DNA of 64,000 nucleotides from Bryobacterales bacterium (lineage in GTDB: Bacteria > Acidobacteriota > Terriglobia > Bryobacterales > Bryobacteraceae): positions 152,239-216,238 of the forward strand of contig CAVPVD010000005.1 of NCBI GenBank assembly GCA_963709155.1, read 5' to 3'. Of the stretch, positions 29,214-37,951 are shown in pieces. Made by a program: the position numbers and the translations under genes. Each line of letters starts with the position of its first letter. Positions within the stretch are counted from its first letter, which is position 1. Under the pieces are notes generated by a model, which did no database searches, was not told the DNA's origin, and saw only the letters and a program-made list of their open reading frames with translations.

Positions 29214-29317
29214 ACTGTTCCGTTTACCAGCATATTAGACGTAAGCCCGGCGGAGAAGGTTCTGGAACCCCCTGTGGGAGCGGGAGCGCGCAAGGGGTCT
29301 ACAGACCCTTTCTTCTC

Positions 29318-29764
29318 TTACTTCGCCTGCATCGACTCCAGATACCGCAGCAGATTGTCGACCCGCAGTTTCGCGATGTTCTCATCCGGATTCATGGCCC
29401 GGAACACCGGCCCCCAGATCGGCATCTCCTCCGATCCGTGCGCGGGCGTCAACGAACCGCCGCCCAGCAATTGCCTGACCGCCCCCACTGGGAACTTGCC
29501 GCCATTGTGTTGGGCGAGTTGCGTCAAGTCCGTGGGCGCCGCTTTCAAAGCCGCCGCCGCCGGCCCTCCGCCTTTGCCGTCCTTGCCGTGACACACCGCG
29601 CAGTACCGCTCGTAAAGTGCCGGGCCCTTGGTCAAGCTGGTATCGTGCGCGCCGGCCACATCCAGCTTGGTCTTGCCGCTGGATGTCGCCGCCTGCTGTG
29701 CGCACGCCGCAACCGCCAGCCAGCCAATCGTCAGAATGCCGCAAATATTCGTCAAGGTTCGCAT
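29318..29764 (-). CDS. Class I c-type cytochrome (monohaem), secreted.
   Basis: A signal peptide is followed by CAVCH haem-binding and a distal EEMPIWG (Met ligand candidate). It lies 9 bp downstream of the receptor gene at 29774-33544. Confidence 0.85.
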   Translation of the reverse strand: MRTLTNICGILTIGWLAVAACAQQAATSSGKTKLDVAGAHDTSLTKGPALYERYCAVCHGKDGKGGGPAAAALKAAPTDLTQLAQHNGGKFPVGAVRQLLGGGSLTPAHGSEEMPIWGPVFRAMNPDENIAKLRVDNLLRYLESMQAK

Positions 29765-29773
29765 GGCATCCCC

Positions 29774-32700
29774 CTAGAAAATCAACTTTAGCGCGAACTG
29801 TACCAGCCTCGGATCGCGCACCTGCAGCACCTTGCCGAATGTCCCCGTTCCCGGCAGCACATTCCCGTTCGCATCCACCGCGCTGTCCGAGATATTTCCG
29901 TCCACCTTGGTGAACTGCGCATGATTGGCGATGTTGAAAAACTCCGCGCGGAATTCCAGTTTGTAATGCTCCTTCACAGTCGTGTCTTTCATCATGCTGA
30001 AATCCACGTTGTTGATGCCGGGTCCGCAGCAGACCGAGCGCGGTGAGTCTCCGATGGTGCCGTATTCCGCCGGCGTAAGCTGCTGGAAATCGGCCGTATT
30101 GAAGGCCAGATTTCCCGGCCCCCGTGGATTCAGTTTTTGCATCGCAGCCACCTGGTTCGGTTCGCCCGGGTAATAGAAAAAGGAGCTGTCCATCAACTCC
30201 AGATCCGACGACGATTCGATCGGCACCGGAAATCCGTTCTGGAATGTTACGATACCCGAACTCTGCCAGCCGTTGAACACTTTATCGGCGAAGCCGTGTA
30301 TGTCCATGTGCGGGAACTGGTAAACGTAGCTGAATACCAACCGGTTCCGCGCATCGAACAGCGAAAGCGCGCGGCTGTCTCTGAAATTCAGGGGATTCAG
30401 CATGCTTTCAAAGCTCGAAGCATCGTCGATCGACTTGCTGAACGTGTAAGCCGCCTGGAATTGCAGCCCGTGCGAGAAACGCTTCTCCGCGCTCACTTGT
30501 AGGGAGTTGTAATTCGAGTTGGCCACCGTGTTCTCGGTGAAAATGCTCGAAAACACCGGCACGCCATCCGCCGGGCAACCAGTCCCCGTCAACGGATTGC
30601 AGTTCGGCGAAGAGTACTTGCGCAATCCCACCAGCGTGATGGGATTGGCATTCGGTCCCGTCACCGTCGGTTGCGGGCCATACGGCAGGTGCAGCGTGAA
30701 TCCCGCCGGAATCTCACCGGCCCCAATGGTGAACGACGAATCCGCATAGAACGGACCGCATGCCAGCGAACTATCGCCTGTCAGGTTCGAAAGATTGTTC
30801 AGGTCCAGGCAGGTTTGCGCGTCGCCGTAGTTCAAGTCGTAGGATGCCAGCAGCCGGTGCGCCTGCGTTCCCACGTAGCCGATCTGAAACAGGATGTCGC
30901 TGGGCAGCTCCCGTTGGATAGTGAAGTTGTACTGCTCGGAGTATTGCGTGCGCATGTTCGGCTGGAATTGCCCGTACAACAAAATCGGCCGGTAAGAAGA
31001 CCAATCCACGGGTTGCCCCCGCACCGGGTTTAGAATGCCGTTGAACGGGTTCGGCGATACCGTCCCGTTCTGCCCTACGAAGGGCGTGTTGAACAAGGGG
31101 TTCGCCAGCGTGGTGCTGCCCCCGAACGGCGGCTCCGCGCTGAACTGCTCCAGCACCAGTTGCTCGATGGGATTGTAGAAGATGCCCCATCCCGCGCGGA
31201 GGCTCGTCTTGCCCGGCGCGCCCACCAGTTTTTGCCAGAATCCGGAACTCGCCGATGGACTCCACGCCAGCCCGATCCGCGGCGCAAACGCCTTGTAGTA
31301 AGTCTGCGTCATCCCGTTGGGAATCCCGGTGTCCCCCGGAAAAACCAGCCCCAACGGAAACACCGCATTGGCCGGCCCGTTCTCGCTGCAATCGGTGGAC
31401 CCATACTGCGCCACCAGCGGATTATCCGGCGCAAGCTGGCAGGGATAAATGGTGGTGGCCTGTCCCGGACGGAAAGTCTGCACGTGATGCCCGATGTCCG
31501 TCAGCGGCGTGTCCAGTTCCCAGCGCAGGCCATAGTTCAGCGTCAGGTTCGAGCGAATCTTCCAGCTATCCTGCGCGAAGAGGTACAGCGCCGTGCTGCG
31601 CACATTCTCGTGCTGTGCCGATCCTTGCGTATAGGTGTTCGGCAGCCCCAACAGGTAATCCGGGTAAACATCGTCGGATCCCACGTCGTTGGTGCCGCCG
31701 CTGGTAAACGAGTAGGAGCCGTTCACGTTGTAGTAAAGCGTCTGATCGAAGCGCATCCGCCGCACGTCCACGCCGAACTTCAGGCTATGCGCGCCCATCA
31801 CCTTGCTCAGGCTGTCGGACCATTGAAAGCTGTTGCCGATCTGTGGCAGCTCTCCCTCGAAATTGTTGCCGATGGAGAATCCGCCGGAGGCCGAGATGGA
31901 GGGCACGCCCTCGTGGTTCGCCCCCAGGTTCGGCGTGATGCCATACTGCGGATTCGCCGGATCGGAGAAGCAGCTGGCCGCCGGCACCGCCGTCCCGCAA
32001 ACATTCTGCACCAATTGCGTATTCTGCGGATGGTTGTAGCTGAGCTGCCCTTCGCGGAAATACGTGAAGCGCGCCTCGTTCACCACCGTGGGCGTGGCCG
32101 TCCACGTTTCGCTCAGGTTGAACTGCTGGTTGCGCGTCCCATAGGAGGCCCCGAACCCCGGCAGGTTGGCGCCTGCCGCTTCAAAGGTGGAAAACGGCTG
32201 CAACTGCGTGTCGTTGTCGAAATAGTAATAGAAACTTAACTGGTGGTGGTCGCTGATGTGCTGATCCAGCCGCACCGTGGATTGAATCCCCTTTTCCGAC
32301 TGGTTCGCCACCGTCTGGTAGATGTTGCCGCCGCCGTTGGGAAGCGGCACGTAACGATTCATCAGGGCCGCCGCCGTCGGGTCGAAGCACTGCGTCGGGA
32401 TCTGGTTATTCGGAAAAATCGCGGCCCATGCGGTTCCCGCCGCGATCGGCGCGCCGCCCTCGCCCGCCACCGCCGTCGCGCATCCCGGCCGGTTGTTCAT
32501 CGCATTCGCCAAATAGTTGTCGGTCAAAGTGCCGCTGAAGGTGTCCTGCGGTCCCGTGGGCAACTGCGAAAAATCGCCGTTCCGTTCCGCGGCGGTCGGC
32601 ACCGTGATCAGGTCCGAAGGAATGCCCTGCACGATCTGGCGGTCTTCCACGGAAGCGAAGAAGAAAGTCTTGTTCTTCCGGATCGGCCCGCCGAACGTGC

Positions 32701-33544
32701 CCCCAAACTGGTTCTGATGAAAATCCGGCCTGGTTGAATCGAAAAAGCCGCGCGCGTCCAGATCCGTATTGCGAAAGAACTCGTAAGCGTCGCCATGGAA
32801 TTCGTTGGTGCCGCCCTTGGTCACCACGTTCACCACCGAACCCGAATTCCGCCCGAATTCGGCGTCGAAAGTATTGGTCAGGACGCGGAATTCCTCGATC
32901 GTGTCGGGCGAAGGTTCCACCGCCGGAATCGCCACGAACTGGTCGTTGGCATCGCCCCCGTTTACGTTGAAATTGTTGGCCCGCCCGCGCCCGCCATTCA
33001 CCGAGACCACGCCCGCGTTGTCGCTGCCCGCGAACAGCGAATATCCCTGTTGCGACTGCACGCCCGGCTGCAGTTGTAGCAACTGGTAGGTGTCGCGCGT
33101 ATTCAGCGGTAGATTCACCACCGCGCGCGAATTCATCACCGCGCCCAACTGCGTGCTGGTGGTCTCCACCAGCGCGGCCTCGGCTTCGGCCGTGATGGTC
33201 TGGGTCACTTCCCCGATTTCGAGCGCGGCATCCACCACGGCCACGTGTCCCAGCGTGATCCCCACGTGCTGGACGAACTTCTTGAAGCCCGCCGTCTCCA
33301 CCTCCACCGTATAGGACCCTACCGCGAGCGCCGCCATGAAGAAGTCGCCTTTGGCGTCCGAAGTGGCCGCGCGAACGGTGTTGGTCCCCTCCAGCGTGGC
33401 TTTCACGCTCGCGCCCGCGATCACCAGGCCGGACGGATCCTTAACCGTCCCCCTCAGGTCGCCCGTGGTTTGGGCAAACAAACCCGAAGCGGCCAAAAAT
33501 CCGCACACCAGCAGGACAGCGGCCTTCCCTTTACCGATGGACAT
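29774..33544 (-). CDS. TonB-dependent-receptor-like outer membrane protein with a CarboxypepD_reg N-domain (1256 aa).
   Basis: Signal peptide MSIGKGKAAVLLVCGFLAASGLFAQ; GDLRGTVKDPSGLVIAGASVKA; C-terminal ...VQFALKLIF. An AAGGAGG Shine-Dalgarno sits upstream of the ATG at 33544. Confidence 0.85.
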   Translation of the reverse strand: MSIGKGKAAVLLVCGFLAASGLFAQTTGDLRGTVKDPSGLVIAGASVKATLEGTNTVRAATSDAKGDFFMAALAVGSYTVEVETAGFKKFVQHVGITLGHVAVVDAALEIGEVTQTITAEAEAALVETTSTQLGAVMNSRAVVNLPLNTRDTYQLLQLQPGVQSQQGYSLFAGSDNAGVVSVNGGRGRANNFNVNGGDANDQFVAIPAVEPSPDTIEEFRVLTNTFDAEFGRNSGSVVNVVTKGGTNEFHGDAYEFFRNTDLDARGFFDSTRPDFHQNQFGGTFGGPIRKNKTFFFASVEDRQIVQGIPSDLITVPTAAERNGDFSQLPTGPQDTFSGTLTDNYLANAMNNRPGCATAVAGEGGAPIAAGTAWAAIFPNNQIPTQCFDPTAAALMNRYVPLPNGGGNIYQTVANQSEKGIQSTVRLDQHISDHHQLSFYYYFDNDTQLQPFSTFEAAGANLPGFGASYGTRNQQFNLSETWTATPTVVNEARFTYFREGQLSYNHPQNTQLVQNVCGTAVPAASCFSDPANPQYGITPNLGANHEGVPSISASGGFSIGNNFEGELPQIGNSFQWSDSLSKVMGAHSLKFGVDVRRMRFDQTLYYNVNGSYSFTSGGTNDVGSDDVYPDYLLGLPNTYTQGSAQHENVRSTALYLFAQDSWKIRSNLTLNYGLRWELDTPLTDIGHHVQTFRPGQATTIYPCQLAPDNPLVAQYGSTDCSENGPANAVFPLGLVFPGDTGIPNGMTQTYYKAFAPRIGLAWSPSASSGFWQKLVGAPGKTSLRAGWGIFYNPIEQLVLEQFSAEPPFGGSTTLANPLFNTPFVGQNGTVSPNPFNGILNPVRGQPVDWSSYRPILLYGQFQPNMRTQYSEQYNFTIQRELPSDILFQIGYVGTQAHRLLASYDLNYGDAQTCLDLNNLSNLTGDSSLACGPFYADSSFTIGAGEIPAGFTLHLPYGPQPTVTGPNANPITLVGLRKYSSPNCNPLTGTGCPADGVPVFSSIFTENTVANSNYNSLQVSAEKRFSHGLQFQAAYTFSKSIDDASSFESMLNPLNFRDSRALSLFDARNRLVFSYVYQFPHMDIHGFADKVFNGWQSSGIVTFQNGFPVPIESSSDLELMDSSFFYYPGEPNQVAAMQKLNPRGPGNLAFNTADFQQLTPAEYGTIGDSPRSVCCGPGINNVDFSMMKDTTVKEHYKLEFRAEFFNIANHAQFTKVDGNISDSAVDANGNVLPGTGTFGKVLQVRDPRLVQFALKLIF

Positions 33545-33650
33545 GCAGTTTCCTCCTTTTATCAGGGGCGCGCACAGGGGCCCTGGAGTCTTGCGTGGAG
33601 TTGCCAAATCTGATCGGATTATTATGACACATCAGTGACGAAGTGCCGCA

Positions 33651-33776
33651 TGGAGGGCGGGCAATCATGCCCGCAGCCGCCTTTCAGGCGGCCAAGCCGG
33701 CTGGAAAGCCGGCTGCGGCCAGGATTGGCCGCCCCACAAATTGGACTTTCCATCTTTGGCGGTGGCCCGGAGGACC
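33651..33776. repeat. REP-like family 2, longest copy.
   Basis: gggcgggcaatcatgcccgcagccgcctttcaggcggccaagccggctggaaagccggctgcggccaggattggccgccccaca, followed by the tail aattggactttccatctttggcggtggcccggaggacc. Confidence 0.7.
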
Positions 33777-33809
33777 TCGCAGGCCGCCTGCCGCGGACTA
33801 CTTATTTGG

Positions 33810-36233
33810 CTACTGCACCCAGACGGTCGCGCCATTGTAGGTCACGCTGACCGTCGCCAGCGACAGGGGAGTCAGCATAAATGGCGCAAAAGCGTTGATC
33901 TGCTGCGATTGCACGTACAGCAAGGGCGCCGCCTTCCCGTTGATCAGCACCTGCACGCCTCCCAATTCCGTGGGCAGCATTCCGTCAGCCGTCACTTGCG
34001 CGCCAATCCCCGCTGGCGGTCCCATTCCGAATCCCGTCAGCGTGATGGCCTCACCCGGCGCCAGCGCCTGCGCCCCGCTGTTGGGGTCGATCCCCGCGGT
34101 AAAGCTCGCCGCATTGAGAATTTCCGGCGATAAGCACGCCGCCGGCAGTGTCACGCCATCGCCGAAATCGAGATCCGCAAGCACCGCGGTGTTACCGCTG
34201 TTCGCCTCCACAGAAGCCGCCAGCTCCATCGAATCGGCAGTCGCATTCGCGAATCCGATCGGCGCGACCAAAAACGATTGTCCGAAGTAAGTGCGGTCGA
34301 GCAGATTGCCCTCCGCGCCCAGATGCGTGACCACCGTCGGATACTGCCCGTAGAAGCATGGCTGCGGCGCCGAAGCCGTCACCGGAAATCCCGGACCGCT
34401 CACGCCGGCGGCGTAAAGGCCCCCCATTCCATCCGGCATCACCCGTATAGCGGAGCCCACCGAAAAGCCCGTATCGATCAGATAAGTGGAATAAAGCAAT
34501 CCAAACTCCAGCGATAGCTTGGCCGCGAAACCTCCCGGTTCGATGGCCCAAGGCGGCAGCAAAGCCTGCGGCAAATACGATCCCGCCGTCGTCGGGAAAT
34601 CGAACGAGAAGGTCGTGCCACTTATATAAACGTTCCCCGCCGCATCCAGTTGGATCGACGAGGCCCCATCGATTTGGCTGCCTCCCAGATACGTCGCCCG
34701 CGCCACATTTCCAGCCCCGTCCAGCTTCTCGACGAAAGCATCCCCCTGGCCCCCGGGAGACGTTTGTGCGGCGCCGGCCGTCGTGCTGAGAGCCGACTGC
34801 GTCGTTCCCGCAACGTAAGCGTTGCCCGCCGCATCCACCGTCAGGGCTCCTACTGCGAAGCCGGTAAGTGTAACGTTGTAGAGCGGCGCCGACCCCTTCT
34901 CGTTGAGCTTGATCAGGAAGTCCTGTACCGCGCCAGGGCCCGCTATATAGGCGTTGCCCTGTGTGTCGGCCGCCACGGATGGCTTCGGTGTAAAGGCCGC
35001 GTTGTTGCGCGTTGCCGGATACGGCGTCGCACCCGGAATCAGCGTCGAATAAACGAATTTGCTCCCATTCGGGCTGAGTTTCACCGCAAACATACCCGCG
35101 CCGCTGCCCGTCAGATAAGTTCCGCCGGTCGTGGGAAACTTTCCGCTCGTGTAACCCACCACATCGACGTTTCCCGCCGCATCCACCGCAATGCCGGTTC
35201 CTCCGTCGTTTGTATAGCCGCCCAGGTAAGTCGCCCAAAGCACGGTATGGGTCCCGGCCTGGATCTTGAGCGCGAACGCCGCCGTACACGGGATCGATGG
35301 TTGCGGACCGAAAAACGTCGGCTGCGCGCACAGCACCCCCGGATACTGCGGCTGCGCGCTGCCTTGCGTGGCGGACAGAGCGCCGGTCGTGGTGCCGGTC
35401 AGATAGATGTTTCCCTGCGCGTCAGCGGCGATCGCCGCCGTGCCCGGTGGCACGTTAGCCGTGGACAAGGTGCTGCGCCATCGCAGCGAGCCGCGGCTAT
35501 CGTCATAACCAGCGCGGCAATGAGTGTAGACGGAATGCTCGAGTGAAGCGGTCGCATACTGACCTCTGGCATCAAGTATACGCGCACCGCTGGCAAATAA
35601 TTGCCGGTACGGTACCATTCCCGCACTGACCCACACGTTCGCGCCGTCGTAGGCTAGGACATACGGAGCAGCCCGAACGCCGAAGTTGGTGGTGGTGTTC
35701 GCGGCGAACCAGCGGAGCTGGGCCACAGCCAGTGGATTGGGGGCCGGAGTGCCTGCGAAGCCGGTGGGCCCTTGGTTCCCCACCGGTCCGGCCGCGCCTT
35801 GAGAACCTGCGGGTCCGGTCAAACCGGGGGCGCCTGGCTGGCCAGGGGTTCCCTGCGGACCCGCGATGCCTTGGGGACCTGTCGGGCCGTTCGGCCCGAG
35901 GCTCAGATCGAAGAGCGAGGTCTGGTTGTTACTGTTGGTGAGCGTCAGGCGATAGGTGCCCGTCGCCAGACCAGTGGGCAAAGTAGCAATCACGCTAGTT
36001 TGGCTAAAGGTGCTGACGGTAAGATTGATGTCGTCCAGAGTAACGCCCGGGATGTTGTTGGTCGGGCTGAAGTTCCTGCCCGAGATGGTTACCTGGGTGC
36101 CCGCGCTGTTTACGGAAGCGTTGTAAATGATCGGCGTAGCGACGGCCCAAAGGGGTGCGGTGGCGAGGAGCCCGGCGGAAAGGAGGGCATGTAAGGTCTT
36201 GAATGAACCGGATGTCATAATGAGGTTCTCCAT
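33810..36233 (-). CDS. Secreted multidomain protein: IPT/TIG, a 17-triplet collagen-like stalk, SBBP-type beta-propeller repeats and a Soli_cterm (TIGR03437-like) tail.
   Basis: An IPT-like segment (VTISGRNFSP...GTYRLTLTN) is followed by GPNGPTGPQG...GFAGTP. Repeats include DAQGNIYLTGTT, DAAGNVDVVGYT, DAAGNAYVAGTT and DAAGNVYISGTT. The C-terminus is ILNAASF...LGGVQVLINGKAAPLLYVQSQQINAFAP. An alternative start at 36218 has a GGAGAA Shine-Dalgarno. Confidence 0.8.
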   Translation of the reverse strand: MENLIMTSGSFKTLHALLSAGLLATAPLWAVATPIIYNASVNSAGTQVTISGRNFSPTNNIPGVTLDDINLTVSTFSQTSVIATLPTGLATGTYRLTLTNSNNQTSLFDLSLGPNGPTGPQGIAGPQGTPGQPGAPGLTGPAGSQGAAGPVGNQGPTGFAGTPAPNPLAVAQLRWFAANTTTNFGVRAAPYVLAYDGANVWVSAGMVPYRQLFASGARILDARGQYATASLEHSVYTHCRAGYDDSRGSLRWRSTLSTANVPPGTAAIAADAQGNIYLTGTTTGALSATQGSAQPQYPGVLCAQPTFFGPQPSIPCTAAFALKIQAGTHTVLWATYLGGYTNDGGTGIAVDAAGNVDVVGYTSGKFPTTGGTYLTGSGAGMFAVKLSPNGSKFVYSTLIPGATPYPATRNNAAFTPKPSVAADTQGNAYIAGPGAVQDFLIKLNEKGSAPLYNVTLTGFAVGALTVDAAGNAYVAGTTQSALSTTAGAAQTSPGGQGDAFVEKLDGAGNVARATYLGGSQIDGASSIQLDAAGNVYISGTTFSFDFPTTAGSYLPQALLPPWAIEPGGFAAKLSLEFGLLYSTYLIDTGFSVGSAIRVMPDGMGGLYAAGVSGPGFPVTASAPQPCFYGQYPTVVTHLGAEGNLLDRTYFGQSFLVAPIGFANATADSMELAASVEANSGNTAVLADLDFGDGVTLPAACLSPEILNAASFTAGIDPNSGAQALAPGEAITLTGFGMGPPAGIGAQVTADGMLPTELGGVQVLINGKAAPLLYVQSQQINAFAPFMLTPLSLATVSVTYNGATVWVQ
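35745..35897 (-). repeat. Collagen-like (G-X-Y)17 coding repeat in 33810-36233.
   Basis: 17 uninterrupted Gly-X-Y triplets: GPN GPT GPQ GIA GPQ GTP GQP GAP GLT GPA GSQ GAA GPV GNQ GPT GFA GTP. Confidence 0.9.
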
Positions 36234-36253
36234 AGGATTCTCTCAGGTAGGTA

Positions 36254-37585
36254 TTAGAACCGGGAAACGGTTCCCAGTTTGGAATTGGCCACCCACACGC
36301 TGGCTCCGTCGAAAGCCGTCCCGTAGGCGCCGCCGGAGGAATAGGTCGCCACAATACCGGTACTATCCAGCTTGGTCAGCGTTCCAGAACCAGAAACCCA
36401 CGTATACGTTCCATCGAAAACGATGCCGTAGGGTTTGCCGGCGGCAGCGAATGTCCCTTGTATCGCGCCGCTGGCTGCATTTAACTTATTAACGCTGTTG
36501 GAGTTTTGATTTACAACCCAGATATTGGTTCCGTCGTAAGCGATACCAGTCGGTCCCAGTTGAACCGGAAACGTTTGCGAGGAGCCGTTGCTAACCAAGA
36601 CTCTTGATACGGTTGCGTCGTTGAAATTGGAAATCCACATATACGTTCCGTCGAAGGCTACGCCCTTGGGGAAATTGCCAACCGGATAAGTCGCCAAGAC
36701 GGCGCCCGTGCTGGCTTGCACTTCGGTGATGTTGTTAGAGAAATTGTTGGTGACCCAGATGTTGGCGCCATCGAAAGCGATGCCGCCGGGCGTAGCGCCT
36801 ACGGTGACGGTGCGGATTAAGGCGCCGGTGCTGCCCTGCAGTTCGCTCACGGTGTTGTCGGCGCTATTGGTGATCCATACATTGGCTCCGTCGTAGACGG
36901 CGGCGCGAGGGCTGTTGCCTACAGCAAAGCCGCCCAGGATCTTGCCGGTAGCCACGTCCAGCTTCGTGACAGAGTTGGACAAGTTGTTGACCACCCATAG
37001 GCTGGCACCATCGAAGACCATGCCGATGGGATAGTTTCCGACGGCGACGCTCGCGGTCTGATCGGCTCCATAGGTGTGCAGCATGCCGATGTCCAGGACG
37101 GCCGGTCCTTCCGGCCCTTGCGGGCCGGTCGGGCCTTGGGGTCCCGTGTTTCCCTGGGGACCTTGCGATCCTTGCGGGCCTTGGGGTCCCATTGCGCCCA
37201 TAGCTCCGGGAAGCCCCGGCGAACCCTGCGGCCCTCGCGGGCCTTGCACGCCCTGGGCGCCGAAGGTGACGCTGAAGGTCGCCTTGGCATTGTTACTGTT
37301 AGTCAGCGACAGAGCGTAAACACCCCTGCTAAGGGTGCATGGGATACTGGCCACGACGGTTGTGGGGCTGTACGATGTTAGCGACAGGTTCGTGTTGTTG
37401 AGGGTAACGCCAGGAGCGACCGTCGAGGGTTTGAAGTTCTGCCCGTTTATGGTCATTTGGCAACTCGCGAAATTGATAACAGTGCTGTAAATAACTGGCG
37501 CTCCCGCCGCCCACAATCTGGTGTGGCTCAGCAACGCGATGGCCAGCAACGCCGACATTGCGCCGGGATTAAGTAATCTTTTCAT
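36254..37585 (-). CDS. Secreted IPT/TIG, 17-triplet collagen-like stalk and seven-bladed beta-propeller protein.
   Basis: A signal peptide and an IPT-like segment ([10 protein letters not shown]...GVYALSLTN) precede [10 protein letters not shown]...GPQGPEGP. Seven ~40-aa repeats follow, of the form P-x-G-(I/V)-(A/V)-(F/Y)-D-G-x-x-(I/V/M)-W-(V/I)-x-N...V-(T/S/N)-(K/E/R)-(L/V). Confidence 0.8.
   Translation of the reverse strand: MKRLLNPGAMSALLAIALLSHTRLWAAGAPVIYSTVINFASCQMTINGQNFKPSTVAPGVTLNNTNLSLTSYSPTTVVASIPCTLSRGVYALSLTNSNNAKATFSVTFGAQGVQGPRGPQGSPGLPGAMGAMGPQGPQGSQGPQGNTGPQGPTGPQGPEGPAVLDIGMLHTYGADQTASVAVGNYPIGMVFDGASLWVVNNLSNSVTKLDVATGKILGGFAVGNSPRAAVYDGANVWITNSADNTVSELQGSTGALIRTVTVGATPGGIAFDGANIWVTNNFSNNITEVQASTGAVLATYPVGNFPKGVAFDGTYMWISNFNDATVSRVLVSNGSSQTFPVQLGPTGIAYDGTNIWVVNQNSNSVNKLNAASGAIQGTFAAAGKPYGIVFDGTYTWVSGSGTLTKLDSTGIVATYSSGGAYGTAFDGASVWVANSKLGTVSRF
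37103..37261 (-). repeat. Collagen-like (G-X-Y)17 coding repeat in 36254-37585.
   Basis: [51 protein letters not shown]. Confidence 0.9.
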
Positions 37586-37951
37586 CTCAGCTTTCCTCTC
37601 TGTTCGTCAATTTGAGACACATGCACACATAGAGCGAGGTGTATACGTAACCAGGCGTCGGAAGCCAGATTGTCCCTGGGACTAACGGTTTCTCTACTTA
37701 GTCAACCCGCGAATCCGTCCGCATTCAGTTATAAGCCTTATGGGTGAACGAAGTCAACAGAAAAAAGCCGCGCCAAGGAAAATCCTAGAAAGCCGCGGTC
37801 ACGATGACTTAGGCGATCCAGACCCGGCAGGTGGATCTGGTTATTAACGGACGTTAATCTCTACCAGATCGGAAAGCCCGCTCTGCAGACGGAAATGTGA
37901 TTTTGGTGTCGAGCGTTTCGGATCGGCTGGCGCGGACCCCGACCTGACCGC

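Noticed and set aside
29270-29312. A hairpin GGGGTCT-aca-GACCC followed by TTTCTTCTCTT on the plus strand, resembling an intrinsic terminator.
   Set aside because: No plus-strand gene or transcript ends here. On the minus strand, where the cytochrome gene ends, the hairpin lacks a U-tract. It is possibly a weak bidirectional element, but this is unsupported.
33635-33850. Small plus-strand ORFs (71 and 65 aa) between the receptor and collagen-like genes.
   Set aside because: They are read through REP-like family 2 palindromes, and the same pseudo-peptide would arise wherever the repeat occurs.
37586-37951. A possible tRNA or small RNA gene in the 366-bp AT-rich gap upstream of the collagen-like operon.
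   Set aside because: It has no T-loop (GTTCRANYC) or acceptor-stem symmetry. Only a weak GATCCA...TGGATC hairpin (about 37813-37840) is present. It is most simply a promoter/terminator spacer.
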